Counted from the stretch's first letter, positions 14,301 to 27,565 are shown. The stretch is 64,000 nt of DNA from Gonapodya sp. JEL0774 (GCA_027604505.1 JADIIX010000019.1:62001-126000), one strand, 5' to 3'. Program-made: numbers and translations. The notes: a model not told the origin generated them from the sequence alone.

Positions 14301-15929
14301 ATTCGGTGTGATTGTAGTTAATTCCCACTTCCTCCCGTACATCTGCCTCCGCTTTCGTTTCATCCTGGTCGCAGGAGGCATATGAACGGGATTTCCTGTG
14401 CAGTTTGTCCATCCACCTTGTGTCTTCCATTTCGACTAAATACTTGACTCCCGCCACGTCGGCCGCTGTGTTTCGACTATGTACCAGCCCCTCAAATTGA
14501 AGACATTCATTATCTTTGCGAAGCTGCCTTTTCTCCCGTGTGAGTCGTTTCCTCAATACTTCGGAGATGAGACGAGGAGGTATCACGGGTGGGACAAGTG
14601 GAGGGACATGGTGAAATGTCTCATTAACGGCTCTACGCAGCTGTGGGGATATCCATGGTGAAAATTTTCCGAAGAGTCATTGGGGACATCGCGCACCTCC
14701 TGTACATCAAGGGCCAGTAGCTCTTGCCTAGTGGCACCATTTTTCTCGAATTTCATGAACCCGTCCAATACTTCAGACAATGCAGTGTGTGCCAACTCCT
14801 CGCAGTTTATTCGTCGTCGCAGTTGATCGCGAAAGAATGCGCTCAGTCGACTTGCATTCAACTCTTCAGAGAAAGTATTTGCTCTGAGCATTTCTGAAAG
14901 CAACCTTCGTCAATGTAACCACTGGACACTCATGGAAGAACGACAACTCACTTTCTTTCAGCTTTTGGCATTTGTCCAGTAGAAGAATGTTTATAATATT
15001 TATCTTCTCAAACACTCGCAGTATCAAACACCTATTTTGTTCCGCCGTGAGACCCGGAACAATGAGTTGAAGAAGTTGATTTTCGCGGAACGCCAGTTCA
15101 CTGACAAAAACGTCAGCCTGGAAAACACCATGGTGATATTTCACAAAGAGAGGTATTGCAAGTGGAAACCCACCAACATTACACGTTCCTGTGGCGACAG
15201 CCACATGACAGACTCGAACTCGGTGACGCACTTTTGCAGAATGTCCTGAACAGACACTGTCTCCGAAGACTCTACAGTGGTGATAATCAAGGACATGGTC
15301 ATGGGGAATCCAAAGCATCAAGGCATTCCATTATCACAACGCTCACGAATTGACCTTTCTGGCGTTGTTGCTCTTGTACTATTCTGTGAAGTCTCCTCTT
15401 CAATACTTTCATTTGCAAGGTCTGCTAAGGGAAGCAAATCAAAGCCATAGCTCATGTTGGTACTCCCCAATTTCTGCTTCAGGCGAACAAGACGGGTTCG
15501 GGCGGTACGGCGGAGGTGGCCCTTTTGCAGTTGGTGCAGCGCATTCCTGACAAACTTTGATCGTTCTGAATTCTCAATTGCTCGCATCGCGACCTGATTG
15601 ATACGTCGAGAATGGTGCAGCGATTCATTGACCCCAAAAACGGAATCAAAAAACCGGGAGATGCTTCGATTCGGGGTAGAGATGATTGCGGAGGAAGAAG
15701 AGCTACCAGTGTCAAAACTGGACATCCCAGGAAGCGTTAAGGAGCCATCAGTAGTTGTGCTGCTGCTCGTGAAGCCAATTCTGCTAATTGACGATCTACG
15801 GTCCACATCATCATTGAATGGAGTACGAAAGTGGACTGACGGCGCACACGAGCGATCTTTAAGTCTTCTATTAGCAAGTCGCGAGTCTCTAGCCAAGCCG
15901 CCACCATGATTGGAAACTTGAGACGACAT
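11382..15929 (-). CDS. Large coiled-coil protein, CCDC87-like, multi-exon
   Basis: C-terminal blocks ALEEVWDILETSRSKKLEMAVKYGSQ and RRRYGDVVAFRG|EPYVQKIHRDYPRLLYELE resemble CCDC87 LEKLWSVLEVP..DMTIKYSS and FGEPVIFKGRPYLDKMKSDKVEMLYWL (from memory). Several long minus-strand ORFs are separated by GT-AG introns. Confidence 0.6.
11390..11465. repeat. 41-bp tandem duplication (about 1.8 copies) at the 3' end of the CCDC87-like CDS
   Basis: ctagctttga(a/t)ttctgtcgaattggcttcccggtc occurs at 11390 and 11431. Confidence 0.9.
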
Positions 15930-16341
15930 CGTATTGAATCCTTTGAAGTCTCCGATGACGTATTTCAGGTCTCGTGCCGATGAGTCACAAGGCGAGGAGA
16001 TAGAAAGTTGCTTCTCAATGGTATGATTAAATGATGTATTGTTGAATACGGACTTGGAAGGACTCGGTAAGGCCGGGACCCTCCAGCCTCACCTCGGTCG
16101 TGCACGGTGCACGACAAAGGACCTAAGGCTGTCTGCGTTGTGTTACAGGTTGAGGGTAACGGTTCTTGGAGAGCTGATAGAGACTACAAGCTGATTTGGA
16201 AAGAAGTGGGTCGTTCGTCAAGGCAATTGTGAGCGCTCATATAAAATGTTGTATGGAGCTTTGGTTGATGTGGTATTTCATTTCTTGTGAGCTCTCTCTA
16301 TTCCAGAAAGCTGAATGGAGAGATTCCCATTAGTGGCACCT

Positions 16342-16468
16342 GTTATTTCCCAGATCTCTCCACAATGGACACCGCGGAGTCTTTGGTAACGTGTTCTTCA
16401 CTTTACCCGTTGTTTCCCAGATCTCTTCACAATGGATACCGCGGAGTTTTGGTAATGTATTCTTCAAT
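16342..16468. repeat. Diverged 67-bp tandem duplication in intergenic DNA
   Basis: gtt(a/g)tttcccagatctct(c/t)cacaatgga(c/t)accgcggagt..ttggtaa(c/t)gt(g/a)ttcttca occurs at 16342 and 16409. Confidence 0.9.
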
Positions 16469-18094
16469 TGTTATGGGACCTGTTTCTGGAGGTGTGCACG
16501 TGATATTTTAGCATCAGAGTTTGGGAGGGAGGTTCTTATGTCCTCAAACTATTGTCACATTTGAACACTCAGTTTCACAGCGCAATCATTGCGGCCCTTC
16601 TGGTGTAGCGTCTTTAAATAACATGAAGGAAACAAATTAATCAATTGACTTACAAGCCCAAAAGGAGCATTTGCAGTCTGCTTGAGAATGCCTTACATAA
16701 GTCCCAAATGGGTCACAGGATAATGTGACATGGCGACTTTTCCAGCCGCGTGGTGGACACATTCCGGCCCTGATACGACCCACAGTTGCTCCAGTCTCTC
16801 GTGCGTCAACACCATGTTCTGCGTGTCGTTCTTCAAGTTTGTTTGTGGGTACAATAAACCGTTCGCGTAGCTTGCGGTATTGAGCTGTGGTCAGAGTTTG
16901 AACTCTCGAAGAATGTGAAACTAACGTTGCTTCATTCAGTTATGAGGGTCACGGTGTCAGTAGCGCTGTACTTCATTGCCGATATATGCGGTGCCAAAAT
17001 CCCAACTCCGGGTTTCCGGTTTATCATATGACATTCGGTGGATATTCATTGACAGAATCTGTCCTGTTCTTATATGTTCGAAACAATTGACTTGCGAAAT
17101 TGCTTTCCAGGAAAATTCAATCTCTTGGAATCCCGCAGGGCAATGCCGGAGCTTAGAATCACGAGTGGCGATCCCAAACACCAAGCGGGATGCAACTTTG
17201 CTCGTCGAATGCCCACTAGCGTTCGCAGTTGCGCGTTTTACTTGGAGAATCCGAGGGGACCGTGGAGGGTGACTGTATGCTTATCGGTCTGACCGCACCT
17301 TGTCGTGACCACCACCAGAGAGACCCCGGAGCACCGTTTGTGCCTCTAATTAGTCAAAGAAGACGTTTGGAATGTTCCTATGTGTCGAATTTCGGGACCC
17401 CGGGTGACTTAGAGGTCAGCTCCTTCTAGAACAGGAACAGACCCTCACTCCATTCTCCTCGACCTTTTTAGGCAAGCATGATCACTCACCTCTTCATTGA
17501 CAATCAGTGCTATTTTCCATTGCTTGACATGGATTGAGCGGTCTAGAGCGTCTTCCACCCATGGGGAAGGACGACGGGGGTCTCCAAAACGGACAAAACG
17601 ATAACAGAGGACATAATTTGAAATGGAAACTCACTTCCTGCAGCCCAATTCACCACAACTCCATCGCTCGTTCTATCTCACGCCGAGATTCTGTCCATTT
17701 TTCTGTCTATTCTCCAGTGCCGGCCCAAAGAGTGTTGGTTCGAAAACCCAGTCCAAACGAGACGGACAGGGTTTGGGATCCAAAGGAGAGAGGTGGGAAA
17801 CCGAGTCCAGAGAAAAATGTATCGTGCGTTCCATTCCAAATCCAAAAAGCGGGGATCGCGTTTTGATTCGATTATGAGTGTTGGATTTGGCCGACGCTCC
17901 ATTCCAGGGGACTCATTCGATTCCAATTATGTAATCATATCTTACTACTATCCTTCTATGGGCAGAGAAATTGTCCTATGTGACACCACATAATTTCAGT
18001 CGAACTCATTCAAAGAGTCTGTGGGAACGAATGTCTGAATATTATGAAGAGTTATTTCCATATCTCTGTTGTTAGTGTATGCAGTCGTTCGCGG

Positions 18095-18944
18095 TCAACT
18101 ATCGGAAATCACTGCCGTGTTCCTGCTGGTTCCAGTTTCTGACCAGCTCGAAAAGTATTCGCCAAACGGGAGACTCTTGCGGAAGAATGAGGTGGTGTCA
18201 GGCGGTGAGACAGGGAGCTGTGGAAGCGTTCGTGCAGAACAGCTAGACTCGTCGAGTCCCGACCCATTTGCGGGTGAGGGTTTGAGGTCGACCCGACGAC
18301 TCTCCGCTACGCCGTCCCTAATGAGCTGAATAACGAAATGGGGTTGCTCCCTAAAAAGCTCAGCTGCGAGCGGATTTGCTGCGCATTCGAGGTTTGGGAA
18401 TGCGAGAATATGTTGAAGTTGTAATAGCACGCAGGAGACGCTCATCCCCGGTACAAACTGAATAATTGGCTGTCCGGTAATGATATCAACTATATTTTAC
18501 ATGTATTGTCCAGCGTAAGTTCACGGAATGTCAGAAAGCCTACACATTGGACCGAACGTACTGTTTGGGTGAAAAGGAATTGTCTTGAATCTTACAGTGG
18601 GAGGAGTACTATCATACTCGTCATTGAATATCAGTTCCACCTTGAAGATGCCTCCTATTCAGAATTTCCATCCGTTGTAATCAGTCTTAGGATGAAAATC
18701 AGATTGCGGGGGAACCCATTTCTCACTCACCTTCCCAGGCAGTGTCTCTAAGCCCACAGATTGTTGCATTCCATTCCAGCAAGGTTTTATGCGGATGAGC
18801 ATCTATTCCCTGCAATTTGGAACAACTCCCATGATGACAAAGCGTTGTGGAAGTATACACGCGGGGTCACATCCTCACCCAGATCGGGGCTTTCTTCATC
18901 AAGTAGTAGTGCTTTTGCAGAAGTAGCAGTGTTCTAGAAGCCAT
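18095..18944 (-). CDS. UBE2U: UBE2U-like E2-fold protein lacking the catalytic cysteine
   Basis: Spliced product: MASRTLLLLQKHYYLMKKAPIW|GIDAHPHKTLLEWNATICGLRDTAWE|GGIFKVELIFNDEYDSTPPTVRFKTIPFHPN|IDIITGQPIIQFVPGMSVSCVLLQLQHILAFPNLECAANPLAAELF..LPFGEYFSSWSETGTS. TIPFHPN, TGQP and the C-terminal FxxYxxxW..TS motif match UBE2U as recalled. Confidence 0.8.
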
Positions 18945-19103
18945 CCGAAGATTTGATTGTATTGGCGATTGGACTGTGTTGATGAGGGGAATGCACTCAT
19001 CATTTACTTCCCCTTCACAAACGATGCAAATCGATTGGAGATGAGATTTGAGGCTAAACCAGATTACAGCCCTCAGAGGCACACATATTTACAAATAACA
19101 TCA

Positions 19104-22100
19104 TTACTCCAGTGGTTTGGACGTAAACTTAAACTTCAAAAGACGTAGTGCAGGTTCAGATATAGTGACTGTCGGCTTTGTCGATGGCGGTGGGGGGGGG
19201 GCGCTCGTCCGGTCAATCAAGGAGGTTCCAGCAATCAACGGTGATTCAAAGGAGATTGGTAGATCGGCTTGATGTGGTCTTTTTTGGTCTTCAGTTTCCA
19301 TTGTTGGAGTGGAGACCGAGGACAACCCTTCAATCTTGCTCATTGGAGTGCTGTAAACGTCTTGACGGTACTCCACAGCATAGGTAGCGGATGACGGAGC
19401 AATCTCATCCCCTCGCTTAAGTGCTTTAATTGATTCAACGTGAAGGGATTTAAACCGTTGTTCAAGGCGTTTTGCCGCTTGCACAACTGCGGGGAATCGT
19501 TTCTGATTGTAGCGATAGCTGTGGATATGTTAACATCGAGAAACGTGGAAATACAAAACACGCCGAGAACACACCAATTGTCAAAAATCAGCTGTATGTC
19601 TCCCGTGAAATCTTCAACTGATTCGTATCGGTTTGTTTCCAGTTTCTCTTTGACCAGATGCAGATCCATGGGTTTCTTGAATACAACGACGAATCCAGTT
19701 TCCATTAGTTAACACGACTAACGGAGGGAGCAAAGAAACTTCATACGCACAGGGTTGATATCGAGGTAATCCGGGTACTCATTTAAGTTCACAGCCCCTA
19801 CGAAATACACAGAATTAGGATCCGCCATGATCTCCAGGACAATGCGCTTCAGAACTTCAGAGGTGCTGGCTGAGAGTTCTCTCCTGGGACGGGTCCTCTG
19901 AAGCTTCACTTTCAGAGCCCTTTTGGGTGCTCCCTGAGACGTGGTGACCACTGAAGGCTGTACATGCACCGGAGAAGCTTGTGTGGCGGCAAGCTCATGC
20001 CGCACAGCGTGAATCTCCTTTCGATATTTGTTTCGGTATATGTTGTTGAGATTGTCTGTTGCCGTCACCACTTGAGGGAAACGACCAGTGTTAAACCGGT
20101 AGCTAGAAGCACACGGTATGTTGAGCTGATGTTACAGAACATTGTGCACATTTCGCTCATTTCAAATCACCTGTTGTCGAACATCAGCCCGATATCTTTC
20201 TCCAAATCTTCCACAGCTTCGTAGGCATTGACGTCCAACTTGAACTTCATAGTTCCAAGATCAATAGGTTGCTGAAAATACAACGCAAACGTCATATCAG
20301 GGAGAAGGAAAGAGAGCATTGACGCACGAACTTACTGCAACCACACTTCGATACTCCGGATATTGGGTGTGATCCACGGCACCGACGAAGTACCTCGCAT
20401 CCACTTCTTGCATAAATTTAATCAATATATCTCTCAACGAATCCCTGATTTCCCGAGGGAGGCCGTCGCTTTGCCCATACTTATTGACCAAATTCAGTGT
20501 TGCATTCAAACTCGTGTAACCGAATGCGATGACGAAGACATCGTGATACAGCGATTGACCCGTTCTGTAAGTGAGAGTTCTTGGTTTGTTGAAGGTAAAC
20601 TGGCAGGTGAACTTAAAACTAGTCAGGACATGGGGTAACAACGAAAGGATCCTTACACAGTTCGAGAACATGAGTTCAACGTCGTCAACAAAATGCTGCG
20701 GGGTTGTGTAAAATCTTCGTTCTAGATTCTTGCGAATGGTTGATAGGTCCATGGGGTGCTGATGCGGTGACCATTAACAAACAATGACAATTTTGGCCTG
20801 GTAAAAACCAAGTCGTACCTTGATCGTTTTAAAGTAGTTGGGTACGCCTTGGCGAATAGGGTCGACGGGGAACCGAAAGGGATCGGCCAACGTACTCTTC
20901 TCCATGGCAAGGAGGACTCGATGCATTTGGTTTAGCTCCTCATTGTCAAACATATTCTCATCGAGTTGTTGTCCAGCTCCTTCAACCCAGGCAGTCAATC
21001 CTTGGTTCGCCCATTCCTTTCGGAATTGTTTCAGAAAAGTCTGACCAGCTATATGGATCCTGTCACCGGGAGGGTTGAAAAAAAACTTACAGTACGGTTC
21101 ATCAAACAACACTATTATGCAAAATTGCAATACCAAATTCTCTCACGCAATTGAACAGCATCAATTCAATATCATATTTGAAATCGGTAGGGCCGGAATA
21201 TTCTTGATTTTGTAGCTTTCTTCGTATCGTTGGAATGTCCATTGGATTCTTGTGGGAACATAAGAAAATCAACAACAACAGGTTGTGACCAAGTAGCTGA
21301 GCTCTTATATAACTCACCTTTATCACCTCGGCATAGAGTGGGAACACTGTTGGGTCGACAGGTTGCCTGAATGGATCAGCGGACTTGCTTTTCCCCAAAC
21401 TATTCATTATTTTTGTGCAAGCTTCATGTTCAGTTGATATCTTGGTCATTCGGGCATCGGGAAAAGTCGGTCGCGACGAAAAATGGCAGATAAGGCGATC
21501 GACTGATTCGACGTCCACAGAATCGCTTGAACCATCTTTTTCGCCAAGTAACTGACTAAATCGAGCGATCCTCTCATCCTGACTGAACTCAAGGGGGGTT
21601 CGCACCAAGGGTTGACCAACAGCCACTGACAAAGTGGAACCGGTGGGCCCTGTAGGCCTAACAATCGCATGTACGGACGATTTGGCGCGAAACAAAGGAT
21701 CGACAAGATCTTTTTCAAAAATGCTTCGCAGGTTTTCAGCACTGATAGCGATGACATGACTGGGGCCATTGAATAACACAGCGTTTGAAAATATCAAGCG
21801 CATGTCAGCCTCAGCAAGATCAATTGAATTCAGCAAAGTTCGACAAGAAAGTAAGGGCCTTGACACCCAAAGATAAAAAGAGGATGATGCACCTACAGCA
21901 AACGCCTCCACGTTTATATATCTTCCTTGTTCCAAGTTACTGGCGAGGGTAGACAAATCCATTGGATGCTGCACTATTGTCGGGTAAGAAGGGATATTGG
22001 AACGGACAGGATCCACAGGGTTCTGAAATATCGCTGCTGCGGCTTGAGATTTGACGTGGTCGAGAAGTGATCTGCGACAGCCCCGCGAAGATAAAATCAG

Positions 22101-25100
22101 CAATAGTCCTTCGTTAGACATCGCACAACCATTCGCACCGACAAAAGTTTAGATCAGGGAGACTGAGAGGCTGATTAGCACTTTCTTGTTGCAATTGCAC
22201 GGCCCCAGTACCTTGATCTTGACTATCTCGGCTTTCTCGAGTTGGACTCATGGGAACTGCAAGTGTATGCACATGTGCGGCGGGGATTCCAAGCGCCCTC
22301 TGCGCATCAGGTAGCACGTCAAAGAGAAAAAAGTGGTGCAGAACCCGAGCAGAGCGCGACACTGGTATTTTCGGATCGTTGAATATATAGCAATTCTGGA
22401 AAATGAGAAATATGTCGCTGACGAGCAGAGACAGGTCGTTCGCATACAATCCGTTGATGAGTTTGTTTGACACTGTACTCAAATCCATTGGATGCTTGAT
22501 GACGTCGTGATAGCCCTTATTGAGTGAAGGTGAACGACTTGGATCACGAGTTCCGTGAAGGTTAATCATAAACCTTACCGGGAAGACAACGGGATTTCGG
22601 AACAGAAATGACGAAGGGTGTGTACGGAGACGTTGCACCACGCTCGTGCCAACGGCCAAAAACTCGTACCGCACTGGGCCACCAGACCGTTGTGTCCTCG
22701 ACGTACCCCCCTGCAGTTGCCAAAGGTCTTTTGGAAACTCGGTGTTGAATATCAAGACGCGAGCTTACCATTTTCAGTTTGGCCTTAATCTTTGGGGCAA
22801 CGACCGGTGAGACGTCTATTGTTGGTTCAAACGCGTATTCGCAGAGTTTGAGGACAATCCTCCGTATACGCTCGTCGGTGTTCGATGTGTCGCTTTGACC
22901 ATGTAACAATACGAATGAATAGATGCATGCAAATTACGTCATTCCAACTCACTTCAGAAACCGCCACACTGTAGGACCCAACGACCTCTTCATGTTTTCG
23001 ACCAGCTCTTCGGTCTGCTGTGGACTCTCGAGAACCTCAGAAACCCCACCTGAAATCGTAAAATCTTCGGAATGCTCGGTCAGTGCCCCTTCCGTCTTTT
23101 GAATTGATGGAACAATAGGAGATGTTGGCACCAGGCCGATTCCGAGAGACGATACTTCGAACAACGTTGCAGACCAGTTTAATAATGATCGAGCGACATG
23201 GTACCGGACGTAGGGAGCCGGATCGCCTTCAATGATTGCCATGAGATATTCAGACACACCGGGAGCAAGGAGTCCATCAAGTAAGATAATAGCGTCAAGC
23301 GCAATCATCCGTGCAGTTTGGAAATTCCCGTATCTTCAAAGAGTGTTACGCTCAATAGTGAGGTGCACCATGACCCGTGGCGTGTGATCATAGATCTCAC
23401 CGTGAGTACTCCAGGAACGTTGTGAGAGAGATTGGTTTTCGACCCTTCAGCATCCACTTAGAGACCGTCTTTCAATCGGAGCGTATACTTAATTGATACA
23501 TTGCATGGTGTGTTCTTCGTGAAAGTCTTAACTTACCTCTAGACAGGCGCTGGTCACGACATTGTGATAGGATGGAAGTACTCGATCAACGTTCAAAAGA
23601 TACTCTATTTCGCTAACAGCTTGTTCGAAGAGCTCTCGTTCTTCACGATTAGACCCTGGAGTGAATAGCAAATATTAAAAAGACTTCATCGTGGAACCGC
23701 CTGGATTACACTCTTACTATCGTGAGGAGCAATAAAAATGTCACCATTTGCGCGACACAACGCGCTCACGAGTTCGGCGTCAGAAAACTACACAACGCCC
23801 ACCCATTGTAAACGGAGAAGATGAGTATTCAAATGTGTGCCATACTAAATTGCCCTGACCTTGTTCCCAGTGTTGTCATTATGATGTAGGATTCCGAGAA
23901 GAAATTGTTTGGCCTTTGTGGGTGCAGACCCGTCCGCAAGCCGGGCAGAGCTAATGGCAGCAATCAATGCCTAAAATCTCAGAAATGCCCAAACTGCGCT
24001 GCTTGACTTGAATTTGCGTGACGTCAAAGGATTCGAGTTTACCTTTTGGACAAAATATTCTGCGAAATCATCAAACTTGTTCCGCAAGGGTACGACAAAC
24101 GGTTCCACTGCGCCTCCCGTGGATGCGATGCAGTACATTTTACGATAAGCCTGCATGAGGAGATCAACGCCACTTGGACTGCGGATGTATTCGGTAAGTT
24201 CAGAGAGGCCGTAAGCAGCTTCCTCTCGAACGCGATAGTAATAATTCCTATCGTGAACAATATCGGACAGGATGCTGAGGCAAGTTTGATATCTCTCTGC
24301 TCGAATCGCAAGGATCGCCTCGTACTGGGCCAGCACGTCTCGATCTTTTTGCAGTTGAAGGACCCAATTGGTCTCATGCAAGCCGACCTTTTTCAGGCAA
24401 ATCCAATCGTTCTCAGGATCCACTCGAATCCACTCATAATGGGACCTCAACAGCACAAGAAACATTAATGGTTGAATATTTGTGGCATGAGTTCGAAACC
24501 TACTTTTCCTCGTCATCGTCGTCTCCATCTTTCTCGGGTGCCTCAGCATCGTCGCCAACGACGTCCATGTCATCAACACCACCTGATCGAATAGTCGGTC
24601 GTTTCGGGCCGCCCCGTTTGATGCGTTTGTACTTGGAATGGTATACGATCTCGTGCAATCTTATGTCCCCATTCATCGAAATGTCCGTGTCGAATATTCC
24701 CAGCGGCTCGTGCACCCGTACTGTGACTGGACCCTAACAAAGCGAGCCAGCAAGCTATAAGAAAGCTGGCCACCCTCGCTAAACAAGGGATGTATGTGTT
24801 CATCTTACCGTAAACTTTTCAACTGCTCCGGGAGTGCCAGCCAAGAAGCTCGGATTTATCTGTTTTACCAGCACTTCAATAACCATCTTCCTCTGATTGA
24901 ATTTTGGCAGAAAGCTTAGTCTCGGCGTCCCAGCGCCGTACACCCACTGCTTGAAAAATCCTTCCACCTCCACTCTACCACTCATCTTGCGACATAGCAG
25001 ATGAAAATGAGCCGTTTTGAGACCCTCTGGCATGTCCTGTGTGCGTACGTTCATTATAATATGGTCCAGAACTTTTTGAAATACGCCTTTGCCCATACGA

Positions 25101-27565
25101 CGGTCGAGCATATAGAGCACCAGTGGTGCTTTTGTGTTGAGGAACTCGGACCGCGAGGAAGACCAGTCATCGTCTGGGTGATAGTGAACGTGGAGGAGGG
25201 GATCAATTGTTTCACGGACTGCTTCTTTCCCCTTCTGTTGCTGTGTGGTGTTATCAGCGGTACCTTCGACCATCTTTTGACGAGTGGGGGCAAGAGGCGG
25301 TTGGCGGATGTCCAGTTCGGCCAATCTTTCCATGTCCTTCCATCAGACACTTGAGTACAACAATTAAATACAAACATATACGAATGTGTTTCTCACCTTC
25401 CGGATCCGGAATCGGTACTCATTGGTCCCAAACATCTTCTTTAAGAACAAACCGCTGATGTAGTTGGCGAGTCCGATCTGAATCCATATATCCAGCCTGT
25501 CCATCATCAGTTAGAATCACTGATTCGGCTGATTGAACGACAGTGCTCAAGAAACAGTAACTGTCACTCACCAAGAATTGGGCACTATGTAATTCCCAAA
25601 CCACTGTTGAGCTAGCGCCCTTGCCATCAGCTTCCTTGTCTCATATACTTGATCAATTACGTGATCATCTACCAAGAGGTGAGAGCTGTCGTTGAAGACG
25701 GTGTAAGTCTGGGCCATTGATTACGAAAGAATTATTTATCCACAATCCTCACCTCAACACCGAAATCCCCGCCCCCGTAGCGACTGGATTATAAGTGTCC
25801 TCGAGAAATACAATTCGATATGCTGGAAAGGGAAATTTCGAAGTGATGTAGGCGTCAACGTAGAAGTCGAGGGCCTTCGTTGCATAAAAAAGTAAGAAGT
25901 GAAAGTATGCAGTTCACTCATTCAGCTTGAGCTCCGCAAGCAAGTAGTACGAACACAAACAAAAAAACAGTGATCAGGTATCAATCCTTAGTTGGATTCT
26001 CACCTGACACAAGAAGTCTGTTGTCTGTAAAACCTGTTTCCTTCGCCCTGGCGGAGAGTATACGTAGCCCCCACAGCCATCAAATATCCTTTCCCTCTCT
26101 CCAACTTCCATATCATCACCATTACGATTGTCATTATCGACACCGCCTGGAACCTTGCCTCGCCCATTGTCCTCCAACCGCAAATTTACTTCTTCCCTCC
26201 CGACACTGTGCCATCCCCTCATGCGGACGATGTCGAAGGCCCCTGCGGCAAACATAATAGACGAGGCGGGGACCGGTTCAGCAAGCTCGTAAACAACGAC
26301 CTTAAGTCTGGGGTCGGTGGGGTGGGCGACTTGCTCGAGGAGTTCACCAGAAGCGGCCACAACAGTTTCCCAAAACTCAAAATCACCATCACTGCTAGCG
26401 AAACCACGCCTCTCGTTGGAGGAGACGAGTCGCGCCAACTGTCTCGGAACCACAAATTCGAGCCGCCACGGTGCCTTATCCCACATAGTGTCCACGCACG
26501 GGACCCACAGACGAGTCGAACATGCTTGATTGTGAGTATAAACATAAGGGAAGCGGTGTGGTGCGGCGATGGGATCAGGAAGGGAAAAGTAAATTCCAGC
26601 TGTCGCGTTGGCAAGCCGATAAGAGATGAGGATGGTAAGTTGCTTGAAGTTGAGTGACGCAACGCCCTCTAGGAGGGAGCCGATTGGGCAGTAAGAGCAT
26701 GTACAAAAGGCAGTTTCAAAGCTGACGCCGATGTTTGTTTGTTCGAATTGTAGAATTCACCATCGGCAGAAGCAAAGTTCCCATCTACGAGCTCAATGTT
26801 TCCCGGTGTGTGCACAACCAACTCCCCCTCATCGTCTGCCTGAGCGAGCGCCTCCACATAGAGTCTGCGGAACTCGGGGTAGTAACCGACAGGACCTGGG
26901 TCACGGTGCGGACGAGAAGATGCATTGGTGAACGCAGCACTTGCAGCTGAATAATCTCCGGAAGCCGGATCCTGCCAATTGGGGAAGACGGAGGAGAGGG
27001 GGTCACGATACGTAAACTTAGCAGGGATGCTGTTAACAAGGACAGATGAGATTTCTTTGAATAGAGTAGATGGTGGTGAAAATATGAGACGGTACGTGAA
27101 CGCAATTCAGAGATGGCAAGGGACGATAGCCATGTCATTAATTTTTTCACAAAGGATGCCCATAACATCGATTGCGGGGTAAAAGCGAAGAACGTACCAC
27201 ATTGCCTACAGTTGAGGCGGATCTGTGGGAGAACACCAGTAGTCGGTGTGATAGACAACTCCACTAGGCCCTAGTTAATACGTGATTTCAAGTTGCGAGG
27301 GACACGTGGAATTATTCATGGGTTTCAAGTCAGCTTCCTGCCAATATTCCATGACCGCCCGCCAGCGGCAAGCAAACATCAGGACTCTTACTGTGACCTC
27401 CTTGCTATCGAAGTCGATCGCAATTCTGACGCGTGTATGGCTGGGCAGGCATAGCGATTGATTCAGAACTCCTGAATCGTCTCCTGTCTTCAACCAATTA
27501 AACTCTCACCCGAGAGAGAACCCACGCTGCAGGTCTGCAGTCATTCCTGCCTCAGGTCGCTCCAT
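19104..27565 (-). CDS. TAF2: TFIID subunit 2 (TAF2) with a C-terminal array of six bromodomains, many exons
   Basis: ATG at 27565 (MERPEAG..RGFSL). TAF2 motifs include [67 protein letters not shown] and [12 protein letters not shown]. Six PVD..Y...I..PMDL..D..L.F.N...N bromodomain units lie between about 22680 and 19430. Confidence 0.9.

Noticed and set aside
17725..17755. GGTTCGAAAACC as a tRNA T-arm
   Set aside because: No acceptor stem, D-arm or anticodon arm can be formed.
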